Below, in pieces: positions 1-8,711 of a DNA stretch of 64,000 nucleotides. The translations under genes were made by a program, and so were the position numbers. Under the pieces are notes generated by a model. That model was not told the DNA's origin. It did no database searches and saw only the letters and a list, made by a program, of their open reading frames with translations. How positions within the stretch are numbered: the first letter of the stretch is position 1; each line of letters starts with the position of its first letter. This DNA comes from a virus. The stretch lies in IMG/VR virus record IMGVR_UViG_3300020045_002218, positions 43,579-107,578 of that record; one strand, written 5' to 3'.

Positions 1-286
1 ATTCAATTGCATCTGCTATAGCATCCCATAAAGGTGTCATATTATCTGCTTTCCAATCTTTAACTGGAAGTAGTACATGAGGATTAGAATTAACTACTGT
101 ACGTCTTACAGGGTTAAAGTTAAATCCAAAATCAATAACAGATACAATAGTATCTAATTTCTCTTGGTTTGCTGCATTTACTACTGCTTGAATATTTCTA
201 TTATAATCTTTAATAGCAGCAGTTTTTAAAGATTGCATACTACCTGAATGATCGTTAATAAAAACTATATATTGTTTATTTTGCAT
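1..286 (-). CDS. von Willebrand factor A domain protein (runs off the window start)
   Basis: Not in the ORF track. Translated by hand from ATG at 286: MQNKQYIVFINDHSGSMQSLK...TPLWDAIADAIE, giving a MIDAS DxSxS motif and TPLxDA. Confidence 0.8.
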   Translation of the reverse strand, partial: MQNKQYIVFINDHSGSMQSLKTAAIKDYNRNIQAVVNAANQEKLDTIVSVIDFGFNFNPVRRTVVNSNPHVLLPVKDWKADNMTPLWDAIADAIE

Positions 287-301
287 AAATTTTTCTCATA
301 A

Positions 302-326
302 AAAACTCCTATTTATTAGGAGTTTT
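302..326 (-). terminator. Rho-independent terminator downstream of the RNR gene
   Basis: AAAACTCCTA-tttat-TAGGAGTTTT inverted repeat flanked by A/T runs. Confidence 0.55.
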
Positions 327-357
327 ATTTGTTGGATGTTAGTGGTGGTACACCACA

Positions 358-2334
358 TTATTTAATAGGACACATACCACTTGCACAATCTTGAGAATCT
401 ATTTCATTATCATTAGAATCTAAATTAGGTAATACAAACTCTTTTAATGTTGATACATATTCTTCATAAGTTTCTTTAGTAACTACTTCTTGTGGAAGAT
501 AAGCATATCCTAAGTCTTGTGCAGTTTTAGTAGGATCAGCTTTATATAGAAAGCTTACTCCTACATAAATATCCCAATTATTAAGTAACCAGTTAATAAT
601 ATCTTTTACTTCATTTGGTTCATAAGAAATAGTACAAGATACATTCTGTTGACACCAATGTACTTGATATTTCTTATATCTTTCTAACTGTTCAATAGCT
701 GTTTCTTGGTTTACTTCTACAATACCATGTGAAGTCTTAACTTTAGTAAATGGTACATTTTCCCATTTAAGTGGAAAAGTAACCAACATACCTTCAGAGT
801 CTAATGGATTATTCCATACCTTATAACCAGCATCTTTCAATGCAGGTAGTAATGGATCATGTTTACCAAAGTTTACGTTATTAAAAATATATTTACCTAA
901 AGAAGTATGTAAACCTTCTTGACACATAAACACCTTAGATAAAGTACCACTTGGTTTAACTAAAGTAATGTTTTTAGGTCTTTGTAAACCTAATTCATCA
1001 GCCATAGAATATGCTGCTGATATAGCTTCACGTTTCATTATCTCTAAATCATATTCTGATAAATCAGGTCTTTGAGAAATACCTGTTAAGCCAATACCAC
1101 ATAATCTAAAGAATTCATTGTTAAGATGCCAAGCTTCTTGTAATACACCATCTTCAAGATTAACAAGAGTTTGTCTGTAGTTAGCTCTAGCAGCATAATA
1201 TATGGTTTTAAGTAAACCTGAAGTATCTCCAATAAACTTAGATACATCAATTTCAACAAGATTACAGAATCCTTTGTTAGGTAATAATACTTCCGCGCAC
1301 GGGTTGAGTAGATTAAACCAAGGTGCTTTAGTAAGTGCAGTAGCTCCATTAATGAATCCTGGTTCACTGCCACCTGAATCTTCCATAAGATTAAAAATAT
1401 GCTCTAATTCTTTTTTACTTGGCTTATCATAAAATATTAAAGAGTTATTGGATTGACTTCTTTGAGAGTTACCATTCCAAAATTCTCTTTTAGCTACAGC
1501 AAACTCTTCCCATTCAGGTTGATTGTACTCAAATAAGGCAATCTGAGCTGATCTACGGCTTGATAAGATTGTACCTAACCAATTAACTATATCCAGAATA
1601 TCAATGCGTGAGAGCAATTCTCCTGCCTTTTTATTCATGATATTAGCTATAGCTACAAATGCTTTACTAATAGCTTCATCACCTGAACTAATCCAACCAT
1701 ACCCTTTAAGTCTACTACCTGCTGGACGTAGTTCAGAGAAGTCAAATACAAGCTTATTTGCTGGATATTTACCTGCAAGAATCTTACCTATAGATTTACT
1801 CCAAGCTTCTGCACTATCACCTACTCTGATAGTCCATACACCTTTCTCAAATGTTTCTATATTTTTCTCTAATCCTCCTTTAGAGGTACGTTTAGTTCTA
1901 ATGACATCAATAGTAGGAATAGGTTTAAAGAAGCCATTAAGAGTACCTACCTTAGGCTTAAATCCTACGCCACATCCCTGCATTAAAAGCCAAAGTACAT
2001 CAACCATATCATATACAGTTTCAACAACAATACCTGAACAATTGAACATTGATGATTCTCTTACTTTAGATAAATCTGTACCACCTAACCACAATGTTCT
2101 TCCAGATACAGAACATTTCTTCTGTAACATTAAATTGTAAAAAGCAGATAACTCTAATTCTTCATCTATAGAAAGAGTTCTACCTAAAGCTCTTTCCCAT
2201 AACCATGCTTGATGATTTTGTACTCTAAAGCAAATATCTTCCCATGATTCGTATTGAGTTTCTTCCTCATTCAAAGGACGTGCATACGTCCTACGAACAA
2301 TTACATCACTTCTTGTTTGTAACGGATTATTCAT
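358..2334 (-). CDS. nrdJ: Class II (adenosylcobalamin-dependent) ribonucleoside-triphosphate reductase
   Basis: RRTYAR N-terminus, GRTLWLGG, FNC, NPCAE active site, VKPSGTLS, C-terminal CASGMCPIK; no beta subunit nearby. Confidence 0.93.
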   Translation of the reverse strand: MNNPLQTRSDVIVRRTYARPLNEEETQYESWEDICFRVQNHQAWLWERALGRTLSIDEELELSAFYNLMLQKKCSVSGRTLWLGGTDLSKVRESSMFNCSGIVVETVYDMVDVLWLLMQGCGVGFKPKVGTLNGFFKPIPTIDVIRTKRTSKGGLEKNIETFEKGVWTIRVGDSAEAWSKSIGKILAGKYPANKLVFDFSELRPAGSRLKGYGWISSGDEAISKAFVAIANIMNKKAGELLSRIDILDIVNWLGTILSSRRSAQIALFEYNQPEWEEFAVAKREFWNGNSQRSQSNNSLIFYDKPSKKELEHIFNLMEDSGGSEPGFINGATALTKAPWFNLLNPCAEVLLPNKGFCNLVEIDVSKFIGDTSGLLKTIYYAARANYRQTLVNLEDGVLQEAWHLNNEFFRLCGIGLTGISQRPDLSEYDLEIMKREAISAAYSMADELGLQRPKNITLVKPSGTLSKVFMCQEGLHTSLGKYIFNNVNFGKHDPLLPALKDAGYKVWNNPLDSEGMLVTFPLKWENVPFTKVKTSHGIVEVNQETAIEQLERYKKYQVHWCQQNVSCTISYEPNEVKDIINWLLNNWDIYVGVSFLYKADPTKTAQDLGYAYLPQEVVTKETYEEYVSTLKEFVLPNLDSNDNEIDSQDCASGMCPIK

Positions 2335-2343
2335 ATAACTCCT

Positions 2344-2772
2344 TTATAAAAGTGGTTTAGCCTTAATAATTAATTCTTTGTGGTTCTCTAAAAATCTATC
2401 TCTAATTTCTGCTGTTGGGAAAGCTAAAAAATAAGAAAATGTATAATACCAATTCTTAAGAATATTATCTTTATCAAACTGTATTACAAATTTTTTAACT
2501 TCTTCTGTCCAATCAGGAATCCAATCACCATTAACATCTTTCATTAACTGACTTAACATAGCTAAAGCAATGCAAGTTTCTGCTTGTTCTTTAGTAGCAA
2601 ATAATCTTTTTGTAGTAGTTCCTTTATCTATAAAATATCCATTAATAGTTTTTAATTCTTCCCAACAAGTAACTTGCTTCTTCTCCTCTTTCTTAAATTT
2701 AATACAAGTAAAAGATGAATTTTCTTCATCTACAATATACCCTTTAGGTACTTTAATATTTAATTCATTCAC
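2344..2772 (-). CDS. Hypothetical phage protein
   Basis: 142-aa ORF co-oriented with neighbours; AAGGT-type RBS region. Confidence 0.65.
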   Translation of the reverse strand: MNELNIKVPKGYIVDEENSSFTCIKFKKEEKKQVTCWEELKTINGYFIDKGTTTKRLFATKEQAETCIALAMLSQLMKDVNGDWIPDWTEEVKKFVIQFDKDNILKNWYYTFSYFLAFPTAEIRDRFLENHKELIIKAKPLL

Positions 2773-3448
2773 CTTATTTTCCTTTCTTAATAGTTACTGG
2801 TTTAAATTCTCTACAACTTGGTGACACAGAAGAGTTATTATTCAAAAATAAATAACATACTCGTTTAACTCCTGTATCACCTAATGTTTTAAAGAATGTG
2901 CATTCATTACAAGTTTGTTTCTTCACTCTTATCCTTATCTAATTTAGATCTTGCAAACCAAGCTTGTTCTGCTGAGCCTTCATCTAAATCATAATTACCC
3001 TCACAATCAAACCATTCTTTAAATAGCTTTAATTCTTTTGATTCTTGTTCTGTCATAATTAACCTACTAAAAATGTTTGTTGATATTCATCTAATACAAG
3101 AAGAAATTTTCTATATTCTTCTTTAAGTAAAAGATACTTTCTTTCAATTTCTAAAAGTTCTTGATGTACTTCAACTGGTATTTCTATCATTTCATTTGAT
3201 TTCATTTTGAGATCCCTTTATTAAGTCAAATCTAAAACATGTAGTTTCATTAGCATATCTTGGCTCACTACTATGTTTACATTTATTTAATGATGTAATA
3301 TTTGATTGAAAGAACTCACAATCTTTACATAAAAAAGTTCTTTCAAGTTTACGTTGTATATTTCTCTTCTTATTTAAGAGTCTACTTTTTTTACCTTTAC
3401 TCATAAAAGCACCTTTTATTTTTGGTAATTTAGTGGGCGTAGACCCCA

Positions 3449-4066
3449 TTAAGTTATCTCAATAACTGCATCTCTTGATAGTCCAGATCTACTCTTTACA
3501 ATTTGAGCAGTCATTTTTGATCCTGTTCTGTTGAAGATAAACCCACTTGAACATTGTTCTTCTAATGCTCTTGCACCATAGAAATGTTGCTCTGCTGATT
3601 TTAGTTGCTTGTTCTTGTATACATGATGAACTAAGATGATAGTACATTGTGTTTTCGTTACAATAGCTTTTAAGCTATTAATGATATTAAGAACATCTGC
3701 ATTGTTATCCGTATCCTTATTCATAAATGAAGCCATCATCTTAAATGAATCAATAATGATAATTGTACTTGGTTCACTGTCTTGTCTTAATGTACTGAAG
3801 AAGTCTTCATACTCTTCTTCATTTACAGGAACATTATACATTTCCTTATCATAGCAAGGAGCAGAATCAAAATTAAAGTGTACAATTTCGTACCCTTCTT
3901 TTCTCCATTCTTCAGATTTATTGTGTAAGAATGTGGTCTTTCCTGTACCTGCCAACGAAGCAATTACATTTATGTCTGCTTTGATAAACAGCTTATCCTT
4001 ATCTAAACACGTTACTGGTTTCAAGATACACTTCCCATATTTAGTTTCAACTGTTGGAATTAACAT
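3449..4066 (-). CDS. RecA/DnaB-superfamily P-loop ATPase (AAA_25-like)
   Basis: Walker A ASLAGTGKTT, Walker B IIIIDS, ILVHH, C-terminal KSR. Start moved from 4177 to ATG 4066, which has an AAGGA RBS; the extra upstream codons are a structured leader. Confidence 0.75.
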   Translation of the reverse strand: MLIPTVETKYGKCILKPVTCLDKDKLFIKADINVIASLAGTGKTTFLHNKSEEWRKEGYEIVHFNFDSAPCYDKEMYNVPVNEEEYEDFFSTLRQDSEPSTIIIIDSFKMMASFMNKDTDNNADVLNIINSLKAIVTKTQCTIILVHHVYKNKQLKSAEQHFYGARALEEQCSSGFIFNRTGSKMTAQIVKSRSGLSRDAVIEIT

Positions 4067-4222
4067 TAGTTTCCTTAGAGCATAAAAAAACCTCAATAAC
4101 TGTGAGTAGTGGTCACACCTAAAGAGGTTTAAAAGGATCACCTTTTGAGCTAAGTTCCCACTACGGACATACTTCAAAAGAAGATAGAATTTTAGTGGTT
4201 GTAACTAGAATTCTTCAGAAGA

Positions 4223-4251
4223 ATTCTAACATTTTTGTTAAGAAAAAGCAA
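4223..4251 (-). promoter_or_regulatory. Host sigma70 promoter of the AAA cassette
   Basis: TTGCTT-17 nt-TAGAAT with extended -10 TG on the minus strand. Confidence 0.65.
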
Positions 4252-4296
4252 TAGTTATTTTTATTTATGGGTGAATAGCGGTGGAACACCGCATTA

Positions 4297-4728
4297 TTAA
4301 GATATTCCTATAAATACTGTTTTAGCTTTTGAATGCTGAGTAATTAAACCATGCGTATTAAAGTCGTTGAAGGTATATAGCTTATTAACCTCTAAGATGG
4401 TTTCTTGTTCTTCTTTCCATAAAATAATGTTTGATGAACATTTGATGGGTATTAGTATACATCTCTTAGATACACCATCTGTATGACTATCAATTGTACC
4501 TTCTATAATTAGTATTTGTATTGATAAATCTGTTTTATAAAGGTGATTTGGGATAGCTTTTAAAACTTCTTCTTGATAAGGTAACATTACAGGGTAATCA
4601 TTTACAAAATATTGTTTACCTATACCATTAAAATAAAATGTATTTGATGCAACATTAGGTAAAGCTTTAACCAAGGTTAAGAATTTAGATATGTTTATTT
4701 TCTTTTTTAACTCATATTTTCTTATCAT
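4297..4728 (-). CDS. Putative 2OG-Fe(II) dioxygenase (Asp/Asn beta-hydroxylase-like cupin)
   Basis: IDSHTD (HxD), ILIPI, YTFNDFNTHG (distal His). Confidence 0.55.
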   Translation of the reverse strand: MIRKYELKKKINISKFLTLVKALPNVASNTFYFNGIGKQYFVNDYPVMLPYQEEVLKAIPNHLYKTDLSIQILIIEGTIDSHTDGVSKRCILIPIKCSSNIILWKEEQETILEVNKLYTFNDFNTHGLITQHSKAKTVFIGIS

Positions 4729-4833
4729 AATCTTTAGGTATCTTATAGTATGTTTTTGGTAAAAATGACTTTTTAACCTTTAGGTTTAGAAAAAATAAGA
4801 ACTTCCTACAATTAAGTAAGAAGTTCTATTTTA

Positions 4834-5841
4834 CTAGCTGATAAAATATTCAGCGTCTCTTATTTTACCTTCTAATGAGGTGTCGTATTGTTTATATTTG
4901 ATTGGTCTACCTAGAAGTTCTGAGATGATGTTAGACAAGTAATTCATCTTATAGAGTTCTATGCAAATATCTAAGTAGTGTTGTCTCATTGTATGTACAT
5001 TATTTGGATGACAATAGAATGCGTCATGAATGGTTAATATATTAAAACCACTCTTATAACATCTTCTAGTAAGTTCTCTACTAATACAAGCATCGCAACT
5101 TTGCACAACATTTGCAATGATAGGTATAGCATAATCAGTACATACACCTTGTTTCATGTACTCATAAGTGAATGAACTCTTAGTTCCATGAATATCTCTA
5201 ATACGGAGTGATGTATTCTCTGCTTCATGAGCTAATACTCTAGCAGTATGACCATCCCATAACGTCCATTGATATTCTCCTTTCTTAGGATTCCAAGCAG
5301 ACTTTAAGTCTTTAGCAATCTCAATAGTACAAGGAACTATTTCTTGTTGTGCAGCATAAAACTGTGTTAGTTCTGGAGTACCTTCACCAAACAATTCTTT
5401 TGGTATTCTTGTAGAACCATAGATTCCTCCTTTCATTAAAGCTGATTTAGCATCATCTCTAGCTACCTGAATTTCAGTATCTAAATGATTATTCATCTCT
5501 TGAGTAAGATTAGCATATACATCTTGTACTTTACCTGTGTTAATTAGATTGGTTTGAATAAGAGTTTTCTCACATCCGACTAACAAACCAGCAATACTGA
5601 TACCTGAAGCACTAGCATCAAGACCCATAATGAAGTTCGTTGGTTTACCAGCTTGAACTAAACGTAGTGCATTAACTGCCTTTGCAAATAATAAGCTTTT
5701 CTTTGCAATACCAATTCCATCCTCTAAGTAAGGCATATTGTCTTTTGTCCATTCTACACGCTCTTCCCATGTACATTTATCATGTCCAAACTGTGAAGCC
5801 ACATCTATCAACAAATACTCATAAGGTGTAATCTTTTGCAT
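4834..5841 (-). CDS. RNA polymerase II subunit 2 (N4 gp16-like, catalytic half of T7-type RNAP)
   Basis: YLLIDVASQFGHDK N-terminus, motif A GLDASASG, motif B RDDAK...YG, motif C IHDAF. Confidence 0.92.
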   Translation of the reverse strand: MQKITPYEYLLIDVASQFGHDKCTWEERVEWTKDNMPYLEDGIGIAKKSLLFAKAVNALRLVQAGKPTNFIMGLDASASGISIAGLLVGCEKTLIQTNLINTGKVQDVYANLTQEMNNHLDTEIQVARDDAKSALMKGGIYGSTRIPKELFGEGTPELTQFYAAQQEIVPCTIEIAKDLKSAWNPKKGEYQWTLWDGHTARVLAHEAENTSLRIRDIHGTKSSFTYEYMKQGVCTDYAIPIIANVVQSCDACISRELTRRCYKSGFNILTIHDAFYCHPNNVHTMRQHYLDICIELYKMNYLSNIISELLGRPIKYKQYDTSLEGKIRDAEYFIS

Positions 5842-5846
5842 AACCT

Positions 5847-6476
5847 TTACTCCACTAAATGAATTGTATTAGCTCTTTCAATCAGAGCATTCTTTAAACG
5901 TAAATCAGTTTGTTCTTCAGCTATCTCTTTGATTAGGTTAGCTTTATATGTGCAGTAAGCTTCATGTGCTTCTTGTTCTATAACATACCTTCCTAAGTTA
6001 ATGTCTTTATATCCGTTACTACACTGTGCTTTAAATTTTCCTGAAGCTTTTTCAAAGCTAACACCTAACTTGTACTTTCCTCGTCTACATTTAGATACAT
6101 TACAAAGCTTATTTAATTTTTGTGAAACAAAGATACATGTATTAGGCGAATACTCTTTATTACCCTTTACTAATAAATCTTTATCTAACTGTTTGTTCTG
6201 CCAGTCTTGTGTTTGCATCCATTTCTTAAAATTAGAGAATACTAACCATTCATTACAAACAGAACATCCTATATATGTAGGGTATTTATCTAACCATTCC
6301 TGTGCATAACACCTTTGTAACATACTTTGCCACACTTTATAGTATGGACAAGTTACTTGTTTATCTTTTCTTGGTACTACTTGATAAGTAGCATCATTAG
6401 TACCAACACCATAGACAGGTTTACGCATTGCTAAGCTTAATTTATTAACTGGTATCTCTTTAAATTCGTTAATCAT
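5847..6476 (-). CDS. Free-standing HNH-type (LDKD...N) endonuclease with AP2-like C-terminus, paralog 1
   Basis: YGVGTND, W.SMLQRCY, PTYIGC.VC.EW..FSNF, LDKD..VKGNK.YSP.TC.FV, LGRY...EAHEAY; start MINEFKEIP matches its paralogs. Confidence 0.85.
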   Translation of the reverse strand: MINEFKEIPVNKLSLAMRKPVYGVGTNDATYQVVPRKDKQVTCPYYKVWQSMLQRCYAQEWLDKYPTYIGCSVCNEWLVFSNFKKWMQTQDWQNKQLDKDLLVKGNKEYSPNTCIFVSQKLNKLCNVSKCRRGKYKLGVSFEKASGKFKAQCSNGYKDINLGRYVIEQEAHEAYCTYKANLIKEIAEEQTDLRLKNALIERANTIHLVE

Positions 6477-6605
6477 TTTATTTATTCCATAAAAAAAGAC
6501 GTACTTCAAACAGGGTGGAATTAGCAGAATATTGAGCTACCCATTTGAATACGTCTTTGTTTAAATACTCTTTTATGTGATTCCACTCACATGCTTATTG
6601 TATCA

Positions 6606-7529
6606 TTAATCTAATGCTATGTACTCCTCTTTTGCTATGTTTATGACACTTTTATCATACTCGGATGATTGGTAGTTAATACTATATCCACTTGAATATA
6701 ATCTACCTCTACTATCATAACGATGTAGTAAATAGAACTTATCTGGAAGTTCATTATACAAAGAGTATGTTTCAGCTTTAGCTAATTCAAACTGATGTTT
6801 GATTTCTTCTAACTGAAGTACAGTTTTATCTTTGTACTCATCTTTCATCTTAAATTCTTTATCCCACTCTAATACGAATGAATCTAAAGATAATTCAATA
6901 GCATTTTGTATGTTTAATATATCTAAAGATATTTTAAGATCATGATGATTATGTCTTTTCAAGACACAATGTTCTTTAAACGTTAAGAAACCGCAGTCAT
7001 CATTACTAACAACTTTGTTTGGTTTACATAACATAGGTGGTAAGAATTTGGTTCTGTTTATAGCTTGTAATGTTATTGGTTCAAGTTTGTACACACTTCT
7101 AATACATAGTTCTTTAGAACTATTATGGTAGATGTTATATAAGTCACTTGCACATAGTACAAATAAAATGTCTGCTGCTGTTTTAACACCGTCAATATCA
7201 TCTAAGTATTTCAAAGAAGGGTATATAGCTCCGCATACAGCTTGAATACTTTGACTATCTGAACTAAGACAAGCTATTAATACATCCATGACTAACTCAT
7301 CACCATCAATAAATCCATTATATAAATGATCTATCAAATGTGTTACTCTTGCTCCTCTTGAATAGAGATATTCTTTACTTAAGAAATCAGCAAGTAACTG
7401 TTTACATTGAGTAATCTTACCATCAAGATTACGTTCAATGTCTTCCCTGACAAGTCTTCTAATATTCTTTTTATTAAAAGATTCCTCATTATGAATCTGT
7501 TCTAATCTGTCTAACATACTGTTCACCAA
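6606..7529 (-). CDS. RNA polymerase II subunit 1 (N4 gp15-like)
   Basis: LPPMLCKP, FYLLHRYDSRGRLYSSGY..NYQ motif of T7-family RNAPs; upstream of subunit 2. Likely start 7517. Confidence 0.9.
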   Translation of the reverse strand: MVNSMLDRLEQIHNEESFNKKNIRRLVREDIERNLDGKITQCKQLLADFLSKEYLYSRGARVTHLIDHLYNGFIDGDELVMDVLIACLSSDSQSIQAVCGAIYPSLKYLDDIDGVKTAADILFVLCASDLYNIYHNSSKELCIRSVYKLEPITLQAINRTKFLPPMLCKPNKVVSNDDCGFLTFKEHCVLKRHNHHDLKISLDILNIQNAIELSLDSFVLEWDKEFKMKDEYKDKTVLQLEEIKHQFELAKAETYSLYNELPDKFYLLHRYDSRGRLYSSGYSINYQSSEYDKSVINIAKEEYIALD

Positions 7530-7672
7530 GATTTAGTTACACAACAAGCATCCATACTATTTTTGTAATAGTTATACCAATACTCTCTTGCTTCCAAGGT
7601 AGAGAATTCTTTAGTTGTTGGTTTAGATAATGGAGTCCAATATCTATATGTAATTGTGTACATGACTATCTC

Positions 7673-8011
7673 CTAAATACTTACATTAACATCTGCAATT
7701 GGGTATTTATGACAAGCTTCTAATAATTTTTCAAGCCAAGGAATAAATTGTTTATATGTTCCCCAACCATTAGAAGCATCAAATTGTTTGAAATACTCAG
7801 GCTGATTCTTCATTACTACTAAAGCATTAGATATTAATTCAATGTAATCTTCAGCTTTTGTAATACCTTGTGTATGCCACAAAGCTTCGTAAATACCTGC
7901 TTTTTCAGCCATAGTATTTAAGTTATGTGTAATATTTGCACTGAATACTTCGTGTTGAATTATCTCTTTTCCTGTATTTAAAGGTAATGTAAACCATATA
8001 TCTAAACTCAT
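7673..8011 (-). CDS. Conserved hypothetical phage protein
   Basis: 112 aa with NITHNL and NGWGTY motifs; GAGG RBS. Confidence 0.7.
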   Translation of the reverse strand: MSLDIWFTLPLNTGKEIIQHEVFSANITHNLNTMAEKAGIYEALWHTQGITKAEDYIELISNALVVMKNQPEYFKQFDASNGWGTYKQFIPWLEKLLEACHKYPIADVNVSI

Positions 8012-8153
8012 TTCACACCTCTTACATAATGAGCAATACCTGTCATATCAGATTCTTTTACTGCTTGTTGTCTATCACTCGTTGGTTTAGCAATTAAACC
8101 AGTACGAGAATTAATAACGTAGTACATAACACACCTCATGTTAAAGTTGATTA

Positions 8154-8176
8154 CCACCTCATAGAATGCCTTTAAA
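8154..8176 (-). promoter_or_regulatory. Early-region phage promoter motif, copy 5
   Basis: TTTAAAGGCATTCTATGAGGTGG, one of five similar intergenic copies. Confidence 0.6.
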
Positions 8177-8267
8177 CCAAATAAAACAAGTAGTTAAAGG
8201 TAAAGGACTATCTTTAGCTTTGGGAGTAAAGTGGACGTAAGTCCACTTTACTAATAAGAAAAACAAA

Positions 8268-8287
8268 GGACTCCATTTAAGGAGTCC
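8268..8287 (-). terminator. Rho-independent terminator
   Basis: GGACTCC-loop-GGAGTCC followed on minus strand by TTTGTTTTCTT, just after the 8295 stop. Confidence 0.75.
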
Positions 8288-8294
8288 AATAGTT

Positions 8295-8651
8295 TTAGAA
8301 ATTCAAGATGTCAGTAACATCATCAATCGGAGTGGCATCACTGAATACAGCAGTACCTGCATGAATTGCAAGTAATGTAGATGCACTGTAACCTGATAAA
8401 ATTCCAAGTACAACATCAGAAGGATTTCTGACAATTGCAAAAGCTTTACCATTCTTGTTTTTGCCTTCAACAACTTTTAATTTACGTTGTTTTTCAGGAT
8501 CATTTAACGCAACAAGAACACGTTGAAATTGTGATTCATTGATGTGGTTACTTAATGAGAAGAATCCCAATTGATCACCTGATTCAGAATTAATAAATGC
8601 TTGTTTTACAGTTGAGTTAGTTACTGCTGGAACTGTTTCTTGATATGCCAT
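8295..8651 (-). CDS. Early protein, monocistronic
   Basis: 118 aa, own promoter motif and terminator, acidic C-terminus ending in Phe. Confidence 0.75.
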   Translation of the reverse strand: MAYQETVPAVTNSTVKQAFINSESGDQLGFFSLSNHINESQFQRVLVALNDPEKQRKLKVVEGKNKNGKAFAIVRNPSDVVLGILSGYSASTLLAIHAGTAVFSDATPIDDVTDILNF

Positions 8652-8687
8652 TGTAATCACCATAATTGTTATTGTGGACGGAATTGT

Positions 8688-8711
8688 CCTACTACATAAA
8701 ATGCTTTTAAA
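8688..8711 (-). promoter_or_regulatory. Early-region phage promoter motif, copy 4
   Basis: TTTAAAAGCATTTTATGTAGTAGG. Confidence 0.6.

Noticed and set aside
1086-2140. Overlapping ORFs 1086-1373, 1202-1432 and 1604-2140, plus similar antisense ORFs inside portal, vRNAP, ThyX and HNH genes
   Set aside because: Shadow frames of well-supported genes; no RBS or recognisable motifs.
5842-6605. Group I intron splitting a single RNAP gene
   Set aside because: RNAP II is naturally two genes in N4-like phages, both have their own start and stop, and no intron core elements are visible.
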